Part shown: positions 24,872 to 36,100 of the stretch, in pieces
How positions within the stretch are numbered: position 1 is the first letter of the stretch
Layout of the letters: each line of letters starts with the position of its first letter
Source of the DNA: Amphiscolops sp. MND2022
Lineage: Eukaryota
Assembly (NCBI GenBank): GCA_964187785.1
Contig: OZ076413.1
Coordinates: forward strand, 41,666,001-41,730,000
Direction of reading: 5' to 3'
Length of the DNA: 64,000 bases
Notes under the pieces: generated by a model
What the model saw: the letters and a program-made list of their open reading frames with translations, nothing else
Database searches by the model: none
What the model was told of the DNA's origin: nothing
Translations under genes and position numbers: made by a program

Positions 24872-25191
24872 AGATCCTCTATTCTCAGTAAGTGGACGAG
24901 CAACTTCTGCAATCTACAAAGATCCTGCAAACAAGGAACATCTATTTTCCTGTTAGTTCGTTCCTTCGCATCTTATTCCTAACAAAGCCTGAACTGGATC
25001 GGAGCTACAATTGTATCGCTCATGATTATCACCTTGTAGTATCACGTGTCGTGTGCTTCAAGCGTATTCTTTTTAATTGTCCTTAAAGTATCACGTATCG
25101 TGTACGTTACACCCGTTCTATATCTACCTTGGTAGCATCACGTATCGTGTGCTCCAAGCAGAAAATAAACCAGTGAACGTGTCCGCCAGCC

Positions 25192-26153
25192 ATGGTGGTG
25201 CTCAATTGCCCCATTGAAGGATGTACCTACGCCACGGGGGATATTGAAGCGGCTCAAGCCATCGCACTTTTCACGGTGCACGGGTATTCACATGCCCCGG
25301 CGCCTGTCAACAGGCCAAACCCGACAAATTGTCTCGCCCAAAAGTGTCCAAAGAGAGTACGAGTGAAGACTGGGAGTACTTCAGCACCAGATGGGACGCC
25401 TACAAGACAGCCACACGCATAGCCGACCATGATGCCACCTTACAGCTCCTCGAATGTTGTGAAGACAGTCTACGCAAGGACCTCCACCGCTCTCACTCAA
25501 ACATCGCCATGGCAACCGAGATAGACGCTCTGACAGCAATCAAGACTCTAACTGTGAAGGCTGAGAACGCCATGGTGAGCAGGATGACTCTCCTGACAAT
25601 GACACAGGACAAAGAGGAGGGTGTTAGGAGCTTTGCCGCTCGCTTACGAGGTCAAGCTAAGATCTGCAAGTTCTTGAAAAACTGCTCTCACAACCCATTT
25701 GAAGCAGTTAATTACACTGACGACATGGTCCGTGACGCTCTCATTGGAGGACTTGGCGACAGCGACATCCAGCAAGATGTACTGGGACATAACGACCAGG
25801 ACATGACCCTGGAGGACACGATCAAGTTTATAGAGGCCAAAGAAGCTGGTAAACGATCACAAGCAACTCTCCAGAACCCGAGTGCTGCGACAGTATCCTC
25901 GTATAAACAGACGGACAAAGACCAACACGTAGTCAAATGCCGAAATTGTGGAAAACCAGGCCATGGTAATGGCGGCGATACACAGGCTAGGAAGGAGAAA
26001 TGCAAGGCCTGGGACAAAATTTGTTCAAAGTGTGACAAAAGGAACCACTTCGCCAACGTCTGTAGGTCTAACCCAAAAAGATCGGTGGAAACACAACGAA
26101 GGATGTGGACGAATCCAACACTGTCTTTCACAAAATGTGCAACATCTCGGTAG
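25192..26153 (+). pseudogene. gag: gag (frameshifted near 25330)
   Basis: N-terminal CPIEGCTY...H motif, WEYFSTRWDAYK, Q...E.VRSFAARLR, and two zinc knuckles CRNCGKPGH...C and CSKCDKRNHFANVC. Confidence 0.9.
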
Positions 26154-27694
26154 CCTGCACGGTCATTTCTCATAAAACAGGTCAACAGGCGGTCGTCCTT
26201 GACCACCACATTTTCGGCGACAGAAACGGCTGGATCACAAGGCGGTCACCGCCACAACCGACAGTTTCTCTTACCGCCCGCGCTCATACAAAAGATTACG
26301 AGGAGCTTGGGTACCGCCTTCGCACAAGGACACGCCAGATTACGATAGCCATGACGGCTGATACTGGTTGTCAATCTGTCTTAGTTGGGATCAAAATCAT
26401 CCACAAACTGGGTTTCAAAAAATCGGACCTCATACCCGTGAAAACAAAAATGTCGGCGGTGAATCGTGATGTCATCCCAATTCTAGGGGCTGTTATCCTA
26501 CGACTGTCCGGAAAGTCGGGGTCTGGCAAAGTAATCGAGACAGCACAAATATACCATGTGACCGACGTGATAGAAGGTGCATACTTGAGTCGGGAAGCCT
26601 GTACAACAATGGGAATTATCACGAGCGACTTCCCGCGAATCGGATCATCCACTCAGCAACCCATGTCAGTCAGTTCAGCTGCAGCAAGCCCACGCGACGA
26701 GGAGTGCGACTGCTCCTGCCCCATACGCACCAAGCCGCCACCATTACCAACTGCCCTACCATTCCCAGCAACGGACGCCAACCGGACCGCTCTCCAGAAA
26801 TGGATACTAGACAGATACCGATCCAGCACTTTCAACACTTGCGAATGTCAAACACTCTCTCTGATGGAGGGCCCGCCGTTGGAACTCCACGTCGACCCCG
26901 AAGCCAAGCCAATCGCAGTCCACAAACCCATTCCAGTCCCTCTACACTGGCAACAGGAAGTGAAGGAGTCTATCGACAGAGATGTCAAACTCGGGGTTCT
27001 GGAGGCTGTCCCAGTTGGAGAACCGGTTACCTGGTGCCATCGAATGGTCACGGCTCGGAAGAAAAACGGCAAACCACGACGCACAGTGGACATGCAGAGC
27101 CTCAACAAACATGCTGTTCGTGAAACACATTACACCCAATCCCCGTTTCACCAAGCAACGCTGGTACCTGCAGGGACCAAGAAGACAATTACTGATGCTT
27201 GGAACGGGTATCACAGTGTACCAATCCGAGAAGAAGATCGCCACCTCACCACGTTCATCACGCCATGGGGTCGGTACCGATACAAAACTTGTCCACAGGG
27301 CTACGCTGCTTCACAGGACGGATACACCAGAAGATTTGACGAGATTGTCAATGACTTCCCCAACAAAACCAAATGCATCGATGACACATGCTTATGGGCA
27401 GACACCCTCGAAGAAAGCTTCTTTCAAACATGTCGTTGGCTAGACATCTGCGGTCGACACGGAATTGTTCAGAATCCTGAAAAGTTTGTATTTGGCTCCG
27501 ACACGGTGGAAATTGCTGGTTTCGTCATCACCACGACCGATATCCAGCCCAGTGACAAACATATCCGCGCAATCCGTGATTTTCCTACGCCACAAAACAT
27601 CACTGATATCCGATCTTGGTTTGGCCTCATCAACCAAGTATCGTACTGCGATTCCCTCCGCAACGACATGGCGCCTTTCCGCGAGCATCTCTAG
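26105..27694 (+). CDS. pol: pol: aspartic protease and reverse transcriptase (ends before RNase H)
   Basis: ADTGCQS protease site; RKKNGKPRRTVD, DAWNGYHSV, TTFITPWGRYRY, PQGY, KCIDD. Confidence 0.92.
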   Translation: MDESNTVFHKMCNISVACTVISHKTGQQAVVLDHHIFGDRNGWITRRSPPQPTVSLTARAHTKDYEELGYRLRTRTRQITIAMTADTGCQSVLVGIKIIHKLGFKKSDLIPVKTKMSAVNRDVIPILGAVILRLSGKSGSGKVIETAQIYHVTDVIEGAYLSREACTTMGIITSDFPRIGSSTQQPMSVSSAAASPRDEECDCSCPIRTKPPPLPTALPFPATDANRTALQKWILDRYRSSTFNTCECQTLSLMEGPPLELHVDPEAKPIAVHKPIPVPLHWQQEVKESIDRDVKLGVLEAVPVGEPVTWCHRMVTARKKNGKPRRTVDMQSLNKHAVRETHYTQSPFHQATLVPAGTKKTITDAWNGYHSVPIREEDRHLTTFITPWGRYRYKTCPQGYAASQDGYTRRFDEIVNDFPNKTKCIDDTCLWADTLEESFFQTCRWLDICGRHGIVQNPEKFVFGSDTVEIAGFVITTTDIQPSDKHIRAIRDFPTPQNITDIRSWFGLINQVSYCDSLRNDMAPFREHL

Positions 27695-27737
27695 CCGTCG
27701 TTAACGTGCTATTGGGACGATCAAGGGCTGCAATTAC

Positions 27738-28551
27738 ATGGTGGTTGTGGACCGCTATTCTGGTTGGCCGATTGTGCAGCAATCACGAGATGGTTCTTCA
27801 GGTCTTGTAAAATGCCTACGCGAAATTTTCGTTACATACGGCATTGCAGACGAACTATCGTCAGATGGCGGACCTGAATTCACGGCCGAGGAGACACAAC
27901 AACTGTTGTCAAACTGGGGTGTCCATCACCGACTCTCATCTGTTGCACTTGCCCACTCAAATGGTCGCGCCGAGCTCGGGGTCAAGACCTGCAAGCGCAT
28001 GCTCATGGACAACACTGGCCCGAACGGCGAGATCAACCTCGACAAATTTCAAAGAGGCATACTTCAATACCGCAACACCCCTGACCGCGATACCGGTTTA
28101 TCTCCAGCACAAATGATTTTTGGACGACCCATAAAGGACTTCATCCCCATTCTGCCTGGTTCATACAGACCTCACAACACCTGGATAGAAACATCACGGG
28201 CCAGGGAAGAAGCAATGCGTGCTAGAAATGTCAGAAATGCTGAACGCCTCACCGAACACACGGTACGGTTACAACCCCTTAAAGTTGGTGACCGGGTCTT
28301 TATCCAGAACCAGACAGGTAACCATCCACTGCGATGGGATCGAACCGGCTTAGTGATTGAGGTGAAACAGTTCGACCATTACGCCGTCAAAGTGGATGGA
28401 TCGGGCAGAGTTACTCTACGGAATCGGAAATTTCTACGGAAATTCGACAAGATCGTTGTGGACATACCCGGTACTACCCGGGGACTACATTCGACTGTGA
28501 CAGTCCTCCCCGATCTACTACGACCAGTTCGGACTGGAGGGGGGAGGGAGA
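27738..28551 (+). pseudogene. Integrase core and C-terminus (N-terminal zinc finger deleted)
   Basis: VVVDRYSGW, SSDGGPEF, HSNGRAELGVK (DDE triad), YRNTP, SPAQMIFGR, GRVTLRNRKFLR. Confidence 0.9.
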
Positions 28552-28688
28552 TGTACAATGTCGTAAACTCTATTATAACAGATCGTAAAATGTATAGATG
28601 TATTTTTAAAGTGTCATTTTATTTCAGAGGATCATTGTATGGAATAAATGTTTTATTAACACTGTTTCTACAAATAGAGGTTTCTATA
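28552..28688 (+). repeat. 3' LTR
   Basis: Follows the purine tract GGAGGGGGGAGGGAGA; 133/137 identical to the 5' LTR. Confidence 0.95.
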
Positions 28689-29899
28689 TTGAGGATTTCA
28701 TCTGCTTCCTCAGATGACAAAAACTCCAGATGTATGTTACCCCGAGCTGTGTTGAAGGCCACTGCCAACTTTTTCATTGGAAAAACTTTGGCGAACGCTT
28801 TCTTTATTTCCACACTATCTCTGAACTCATCATTTCCACTGACGATCAATATTTTATTGACATCTCTTTCAATTTTCTTCGTTGTTTTTGTAAATTACTG
28901 GTTGGGGATGGGTCAGGAGCCAGATTGACCTTATCGGCGAAAGTGGGTAAAGGTTTCACGTTTTGTTCCATGTTTGATTTGATAGTTTGATCTGAAGTTG
29001 ACTTATTAAACCGGCGAACCTATTTAATAAGTTTATCACAACAATTAGGCTTTTCCAATTAGGCTTTTAGCCATAACAAAAACTACAGGGGATACCGTGG
29101 CTCTTTATCAGGAAGCTAGGATATTTCCTCTCACGAAATACTGTGATAACGGCATGAAATGTATTTGAAACTCCAATTTGAAAGTAGTATTCGATTCGTA
29201 TCAGTTTAATTCTATGGGTGCCACCCTTCAATTTCGATATAAATTTGGAACATGGTAAATTTTGGAAAAAACGCTGCTGATTCAATTATTTTCCTTTCCC
29301 ATATGAAAACAGGTCCAGGGGATTCAAATTATTTTGAATCACTCAATCATAAAAATGGATTGATTTTTCTTGAAGATATTGAATTGGCTGTTTTTCAGGA
29401 ACAATGGTCGCGCTCAAGTTGACGCTTATCGGCTTTCAAAATTGTGCCCGTTCAATGGATTCCAATCTGTGGAGTGATTTCAATGTCCGCATTTCCATTC
29501 AGCGTAATAAACCCACGGCAAATGACGAAATTATCATGAATGGTTAAATTTTTCATTCAGACAGACCGAGGGGAAGTTTGTAGGCAGTGGTAGAGAAATG
29601 ATCTATGTATGCATCGGTATACGTGCTGAGCCCTTCTGTTCCGATGAGAAGAACACTCGCAAAACGTTTTCTCCGTGATGAATGCAGTTATATTGTGGTT
29701 AGACGATAATCAGAAGAATGCTAAACTGGCACCGACTGCTGATGAGCGACCTATCTTGGACTATTGAAAACTTTTAGCTGACCTTTACTTCCTCTTGAAT
29801 ATTTAGATTTAGTTTATCAATTTGAAATTAAAGTTGATTTGAAACCTTTTTTGCATGATATCGTTTTTCTCTATAAAAGTGAAAGGTTTTTAAAATTAC

Positions 29900-30126
29900 C
29901 TGTGAAAGTATTCCGTGCATAGTATGGCTGTGGAATCATGAAGATATCCCATGAATTCAATCAACTCGTTCTTTACATTTAGTTCACACTTGATATCGTA
30001 ATCTTGGATAAAGTGTCTTGATACAGCTACCAATGCATCGCGTGGCCATCGTTGAAACCAATCGATTGTACATCCAGAGATCAGTCCCGGGAATTTCAAG
30101 GAGCGGCTTCGGAACTTCTCACCAAC
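29900..30126 (-). CDS. DNAH5: Dynein heavy chain exon
   Basis: [28 protein letters not shown]. Confidence 0.93.
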
Positions 30127-33100
30127 CTAAACGTTAAACGTAAACATGGCAACTTTCCTGCTTTGATGAGTCGTAATGTAGAGATGGTTAGTTTCTTCTG
30201 AAAAAGTTGATCGTCAGTTTTATAGCATCATGCACACATTTTCAATCGTGGATAGAATAAACGTTTTTCAGTTAACAAATGAATATTTGTGAACTTAATA
30301 GCTTAATTATGATTGCCAAGATTGCTAAAACTAACTGGTGAAAAGCATAGAACAATGTGCAAGTTCTTTCGTGCTCTTGTTATGAAGTAATCGTATAAGT
30401 TTTCGGGTGTTGGGCTTCGTCTTGGAAATTCTTTTTTCATAACAGGTATCAAGTCGTTGCAGATTTCGTCAATCTCATCTCTCGCGAAAAGATTGGACAC
30501 TTCACCGGAGGATAGAATGTTGTTGAAGTACTCTAAGAAAGCTTCGTCTTTGATTTCCTGGTCTGTGAAGACAAAGGCCAGTCCTTTTCCTTGAGCTCCA
30601 GTGACTCGGTATTGGGCTTTGAGATCTTCCATGAGATTGGACACATTGTATGCCCTGAAAAACAAGTGATTTAATATTTTTCGAGCATATTTTGTTTGTC
30701 AAATCTATCAATGGTGGTATTAATTGTGGAAAAAATACCTTTTTTGAATGGCGTTTGAAATCCTAACAGATTTTATCTTCGTTGTGAATGATGTATCGGA
30801 CTTGTCCAATGCACTTCTTACAATTTGATGTGCTCTTTACAACACTACTACTGAGTGCGATTAGCTGAGTGCAAATAGCGATTTTTAGTGCAGGGTTATC
30901 GTAATTGTGAAGTAGTGCGTCTAACCTGGTCAGCGTAATCTGGAATGTGCTGTATCCGGCGATGAACGACGAGAGTCTTGTAAGGGATTGTTTACCAGAA
31001 CCTCCAACACCCACTAACAGCGCATTTCCTTGAGGAGTCCTGATAATTCTAGAGATGCGCATCAAGTGAATCATGGCATCCTTGAAAAACACCAGATCCA
31101 AGTTTCCACCTCTGATGGTCTCGTTGTATTGACCCATGAACATCTGCAGACGTTCGCGAAGAGTCTCGAACGATGGAATTGGCTCGTAGATCTTGGGAGC
31201 ATCGAAGTCGAAATCATCGGGTTCCTCGCCAGTGGCCTCTGGAGGGTCCCGAAGGAAGTCCACGAACATCTCGTCTTCCTGGGCCATGGCTTTGTAGTCT
31301 TCGCCCAACTGGTCTCTAACTTCCCGCAGAACAATGTCATTGAAAGTCTTGAAATCTTTCTCGTCTGTGAATCTAAAAATGACGACTGTTTCGCAAGAGA
31401 TAGAATGAATAAACTGTATGATTGTAAAAATGAAAAGATTTGGAACTTTTTCCTCTAAAGTAGTACCGAAGCGCGTTTATGCCATAAAGCTTTTTTGTAC
31501 CTGATTTTAGATTTTTTGCTATTATAGAGAGTGAAATTCCAATAGATTGCATGAAATAACGGCCTGATATCTACTCAAGTATGAAATACCTCAAGACAGC
31601 TTTTCGTAGATCTTGACTATACTCTAAAATTTAGCACTCACAGATGATCATGAAAGTGTGGCAAGTACCACGATAACTAACATGAGTTTAATTTTACTGT
31701 CACAACCAAAAATGTCTTTATATAGGGTTGTCGCTTTGTTTGGCATTGTTTGTAGAACTCATCTATTTTGTATCACTGCGTCTTGGGTCTAATGATGATC
31801 TTAAGCTTTAAGATATGAGTCATTGCTGTGTCGAAATGCGTCAAAATTAACTAAAAATGGTTAAATTTGTGCTCGCAATCGGCATTTGTATCAATAGCTC
31901 AAGATTCTGAGTGCAAACAATGCATACTGGCGGAGTTCGTTGCAACTGATTTCAAATTCTATTGGTCTCTTTTATTGATTCAACTCGAATATTATTTATT
32001 CTAAACAAAGTTCCTTTCGAGAGTTGCTGTAAACTTTCATCACGTCTATTAATTCGAAAACGAAGTTCTTTAAAGTAAAATTATTTGCGTGATGATCTCG
32101 AAACAATGAGCCTTAACGTTGATGAAGAAAAAACTACCACTGTGAGAGCCCTAGAGTTCCACAAGTTTGCCTATCAGAGTATTGTGCCTTGTGACGAGAC
32201 TCCCACTGCTTTATGTTGCCATGGAAGCCGGGTCTTCGCTGGTTTTGCCGATTCCAAAATCATTGTGTACGAGGTATCCGCACTTGGAAACTCAGGATAC
32301 ATCAAACAGGCGATGTTTAACACTGTCGGCATTCCTCGGGTCATCAAATTTTGTCCCATAAGTTAGTTGGACCAGACGAGCCAACGTTTTTTAAGCTTTT
32401 TGGGGAATTCTTTTGAAATACTATTTGGGTATAAGAGCAGTTTCGTACTTGAAAGGTTTTCAAAATTTTTGCTGAATCCTCGAGTAAATTGAAAAATTGT
32501 TTTTGGGACCTTTGCAGTTTGGTAGTTACATGCAAAATTATTTCCAAAAACTATTTCCAACTATATTAGAACATACTTTGATCGACTGCTAGGTATTAAT
32601 TGAGAATGAGATGTTCATAACTTCGCGACACAGTGGCGGATGTACCGGAAATCAGCACAGCGCAGATTGCAAAACTATGAAAGTGTGAAAAAAAAATATT
32701 TTACCAAAATATTTGCATTTACTATATTAAAGGTTAGTTGGTCTGGTGTGTATATGCAGAAGGTTGTGAGTTCGAGTCTGGCCAAGCATCTGAAGTTTTT
32801 TTTGAAAACCTAAAAAGCAGAAATAATACTGTGCCCCATAGGGGCCTATTTTTCTAAAGTAGTCTTTCAATCTGAAAAGCAACTTTGATGACAAGAAGCA
32901 ATTCTTATTTCGGGACCCGAATTGCGTCGTTTTTGTACTCTTTTTAAATTGATCAATTGGTCACAAAAGTAGAATTATTATGCGGTTATAAAGCTTTTGC
33001 CAGTAAGTTTGCATCATGTAGATACTACATAACTTACTTTTTTGTTAATCTGAGGAAGTATTGCGAAACTATGAAAGTGTGAAAAAAATTATTTACCGAA

Positions 33101-36100
33101 ATATCTGCATTTACTATATTAAAGGTTAGTTGGTCTAGTGTGTTTATATACAGAAGGTTGTGGGTTCGAGTCTGGCGAAGCATCTGAAGTTTTTTTGAAA
33201 GCCTGAAAAGCAGAAATAATGCTGTGCCCACAGGGGCCTATTTGTCTGAAGTAGTCTTCTGATCTGAAAAGCAACTTTGATGACAAGAAGCAATTCTTAT
33301 TTCGGGACCCGAATTGTGTCGTTTTTGTACTCTTTTTAAATTGATCAATTGATTATCCGTATGATATTGCTTATTTGGTTTTCTCTTCAAAAGTTCGCAT
33401 TTTTTTTCGCAAGTGTTGTCGCTTCGCCTCTGTGTCAAAATAATAAGTTTCTGTAATTTTTCATCAAAAGTTCACATAAGCCTTGAAAACTTTCCAAGTC
33501 AGATCAGTTACACTCCTAATAGAATCTGAATTCCTCAGATCAGATTGTGGAATGAAGGATATCTCGTTCAAAGATTGCATACTCATCAAAAGAACCTTCA
33601 CTAATCGTATGTAATAAATTCAGATGGAAGTTGTAAGTTTTATTTGTTTTTCCATATTTTGTGTGACCACATAATACGTTGATAGTGATTATATCATAAT
33701 TGTTTAGCCACCAATGTAGTGATACATGAAAAAGAACCGCATGTTCCTGTTGTGGACCGGAGGGTGTCCTCTTACGAAATTGGGTTCGCCAAAGTGTATG
33801 TTTACCCCTTTGCATTATGGAACCCTGACCTGATAGACCAGTCTTTGAAAATTGTAAAAGCCGGGAGAACCACAGCCCAACACTACCGTGGTGACATCAT
33901 CCGAAAACCGGAATACGAAGTGATTGAAATTTCCATCAAACCCAATAGTCTTCAGTCGCTGCGCGATGCTGTGGTAAATGCTAAATGTTTAATCGACATT
34001 TGCCCCATATATGGAAATGTGGCTATCGGGTACAATGATAACATTACCATATATCGACACGTGATTGCAGGAGTAGACAGCAATTTGATGGACTATGAAC
34101 TGATCTTGGAGCTCGTTCCCATTGTGTCTCCTCTCAAGTCTATCGAAATTCTAGGCAGTTACTTAGCTATTGGTTAGTTCTAATGCAAAAGGCATTTAAA
34201 AAATTTCCGCCCCTCAATTTCATATACGCGATAGCGGAAAATAATCTTAGACAAGTTTTTCCTCACTATTTTCCAAGGTTATGTTCAGAAGATCTCTTTC
34301 CACGGAATGGAACGACGAAAAAAACATTGGCATTATAGCAAATTTCAAGATCGCTATTCCGTTGAAAATGTTTTTTTTTCAGGCGATTGATTATTTATTA
34401 CACTTGCGATAAGCAAGTGTTATGGGAAAGTGCGGGTGCTTTTTTTCCGCGCGACAACTCTCTCGTTTCAGACCGCAAGTCGCATAGTCTGAATTTGTGG
34501 CCGTGCACGTCGCAACTTCTGGCACTTGGCATAGAGGTTAATTAGGATTTTTTGAGGTCTGCCAAGCAGAAGGACGTGGGTTCGAGTCTCGCCCTTGACC
34601 AAAATTTTTTGTGCATGTTATTTCTGCTTTGTGAGACTTTTTTTCGCAAATTCTTTCAATGTCCCCAAAGGGTCCCCCTTCATTTTTTTCTATTTTGCAA
34701 AAGAATGGATGTTAAAAAAATCTCAAAGTGCCTCCCTTTCACAGTTTTCGGCATTGTGAGATTTTTCAAATCGAATAATTTTTGTTTTAAAATTAGGGTT
34801 TCTCAGGCCCAGCACGCTATATCCGATTTTTGTTTTTTTTTAAAGACCGCTGTTTTTTCTATGCCACTTTTCTAATTTGTTTCCATCGAAGCCCCCTCAA
34901 TTTTTACTAGAAACGAAACGTTTTGCGAGCATAAAGCACTGCTCAAGGTTTTCGGCACTATGCGACTTGCCGGAGACCTTCATCAAAAAAATTTTCGAAA
35001 TTTTTTCCCTCAATTTTCTGTTTTTTGAAGGTTTACGGTTGAGAAAGATGGGTTTTCTGTTGTTTCCAGTTGGAGAAGAATTGTTTTCGAGATTTATGGG
35101 TATCCTTTCGGGATTTTTTGGCGTAAAATTGATGAAATTTTAACAATAATGACCTTTTACCCTTGGCTCTCCGTATTATATTGCTTATTTGGGTTTCTTC
35201 AAAAGTTCGCAACTTTCTTCGGAAATTTTTCATACCTTGTATGTTGTAATGATGGGAAAACTTGTTTATGAAATGCATTGTGAAACTGAGTATACACTCA
35301 AACAATTTCGGTCTTTCGCATGATATTACATTATCTGTGGTCACTTGTGAAATTGCTGATAAGTTTCTGCAAGGCCACTAAATCGTAAACTAAGTGGTTT
35401 AACTGACCATGTTAACCTGGCAAACCATGTTTTTAAATTCATTTTCATGGGGTAGTCGACGAGTTAAAATAAAGGATGCTGAGTTTTTTCATTTATTAAT
35501 GAGACGCAACAAAAATACATGAGTAAAACTAAAACAATTTGAAAAGTCCTAATTGCTAAGTTTTTTTCGTCTTTTTCAGACTCTTGGCTTCACATGTAGA
35601 AGTTTTTGAGCGCAATTGGGCGTAAAAAGTGTGCTGCTTTTTTATACTGAGATTAAAATAAACAAGACGCCCGCTGAGCAGCGAGATATTTTCCGCCCCA
35701 ACCCGTTGTACAACTATATAAATTTGAGGCTCAAGAATAGCCAATGCACTACGGAAAAAAGTTCGAATAAAAAAGCTTTGATTCATCTCAGCCCATTTTT
35801 AAAGCCAACACCTATTTTGTTATTTCTGCAATAGCTGCACGCTTTTTGTATTTTCGGCACTATGCAACTTACCGCGTGAAGAGAAACTTTTCGAAAATTA
35901 TTTTTCACAAATTTTAGTTTTTGAGGTTTTCTGTAAAAGAAATAAGTTTCCCGAGTCTTGGAGGTGACCTCTTTGTTACTTTTCATACTTTGGAACTGAT
36001 GAGTTTTCTTGATGACTGTGGGAAATGCCTCGCTTCATTTTTGTTTTTTGGGTCATTCCCAGGTTTTCTTCCTACTTCGGAAACTGCAAAAACATTTTCC

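Larger units (their letters stand above)
24735..28688 (+). mobile_element. Ty3/gypsy LTR retrotransposon (Mag-like), internally deleted, 137-bp LTRs, TTGAG TSD
   Basis: LTRs 24735-24871 and 28552-28688 (4 mismatches); TTGAG at 24730-24734 and 28689-28693; polypurine tract 28536-28551; domain order gag-PR-RT-IN. Confidence 0.97.
20800..29043 (-). mobile_element. Decayed LINE B (ORF1 RRM/CCHC; ORF2 APE-RT), interrupted by a MITE and a gypsy element
   Basis: RT: IDLERAFDSVW, GVPQGSVLSPLLF, FADD (21429..22010) and SYRPLTISSHFGKLFER. APE: FFGDCNARH (23216..23539). ORF1: IRCYNCQ..., CANCNGNH...C. ORF1 pieces at about 23700-24056, 24536-24734 and 28689-28972. The 3' boundary is approximate. Confidence 0.92.

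Noticed and set aside
25129..25140. TGGTAGCA as a tRNA primer-binding site, implying a ~390-bp 5' LTR and a truncated 3' LTR
   Set aside because: The TSD and the restored host ORF fix the LTR at 137 bp; this motif lies within the third leader repeat.
28552..28928. Hydrophobic C-terminal extension of the integrase ORF (env-like?)
   Set aside because: It is read-through into the 3' LTR and antisense LINE sequence.
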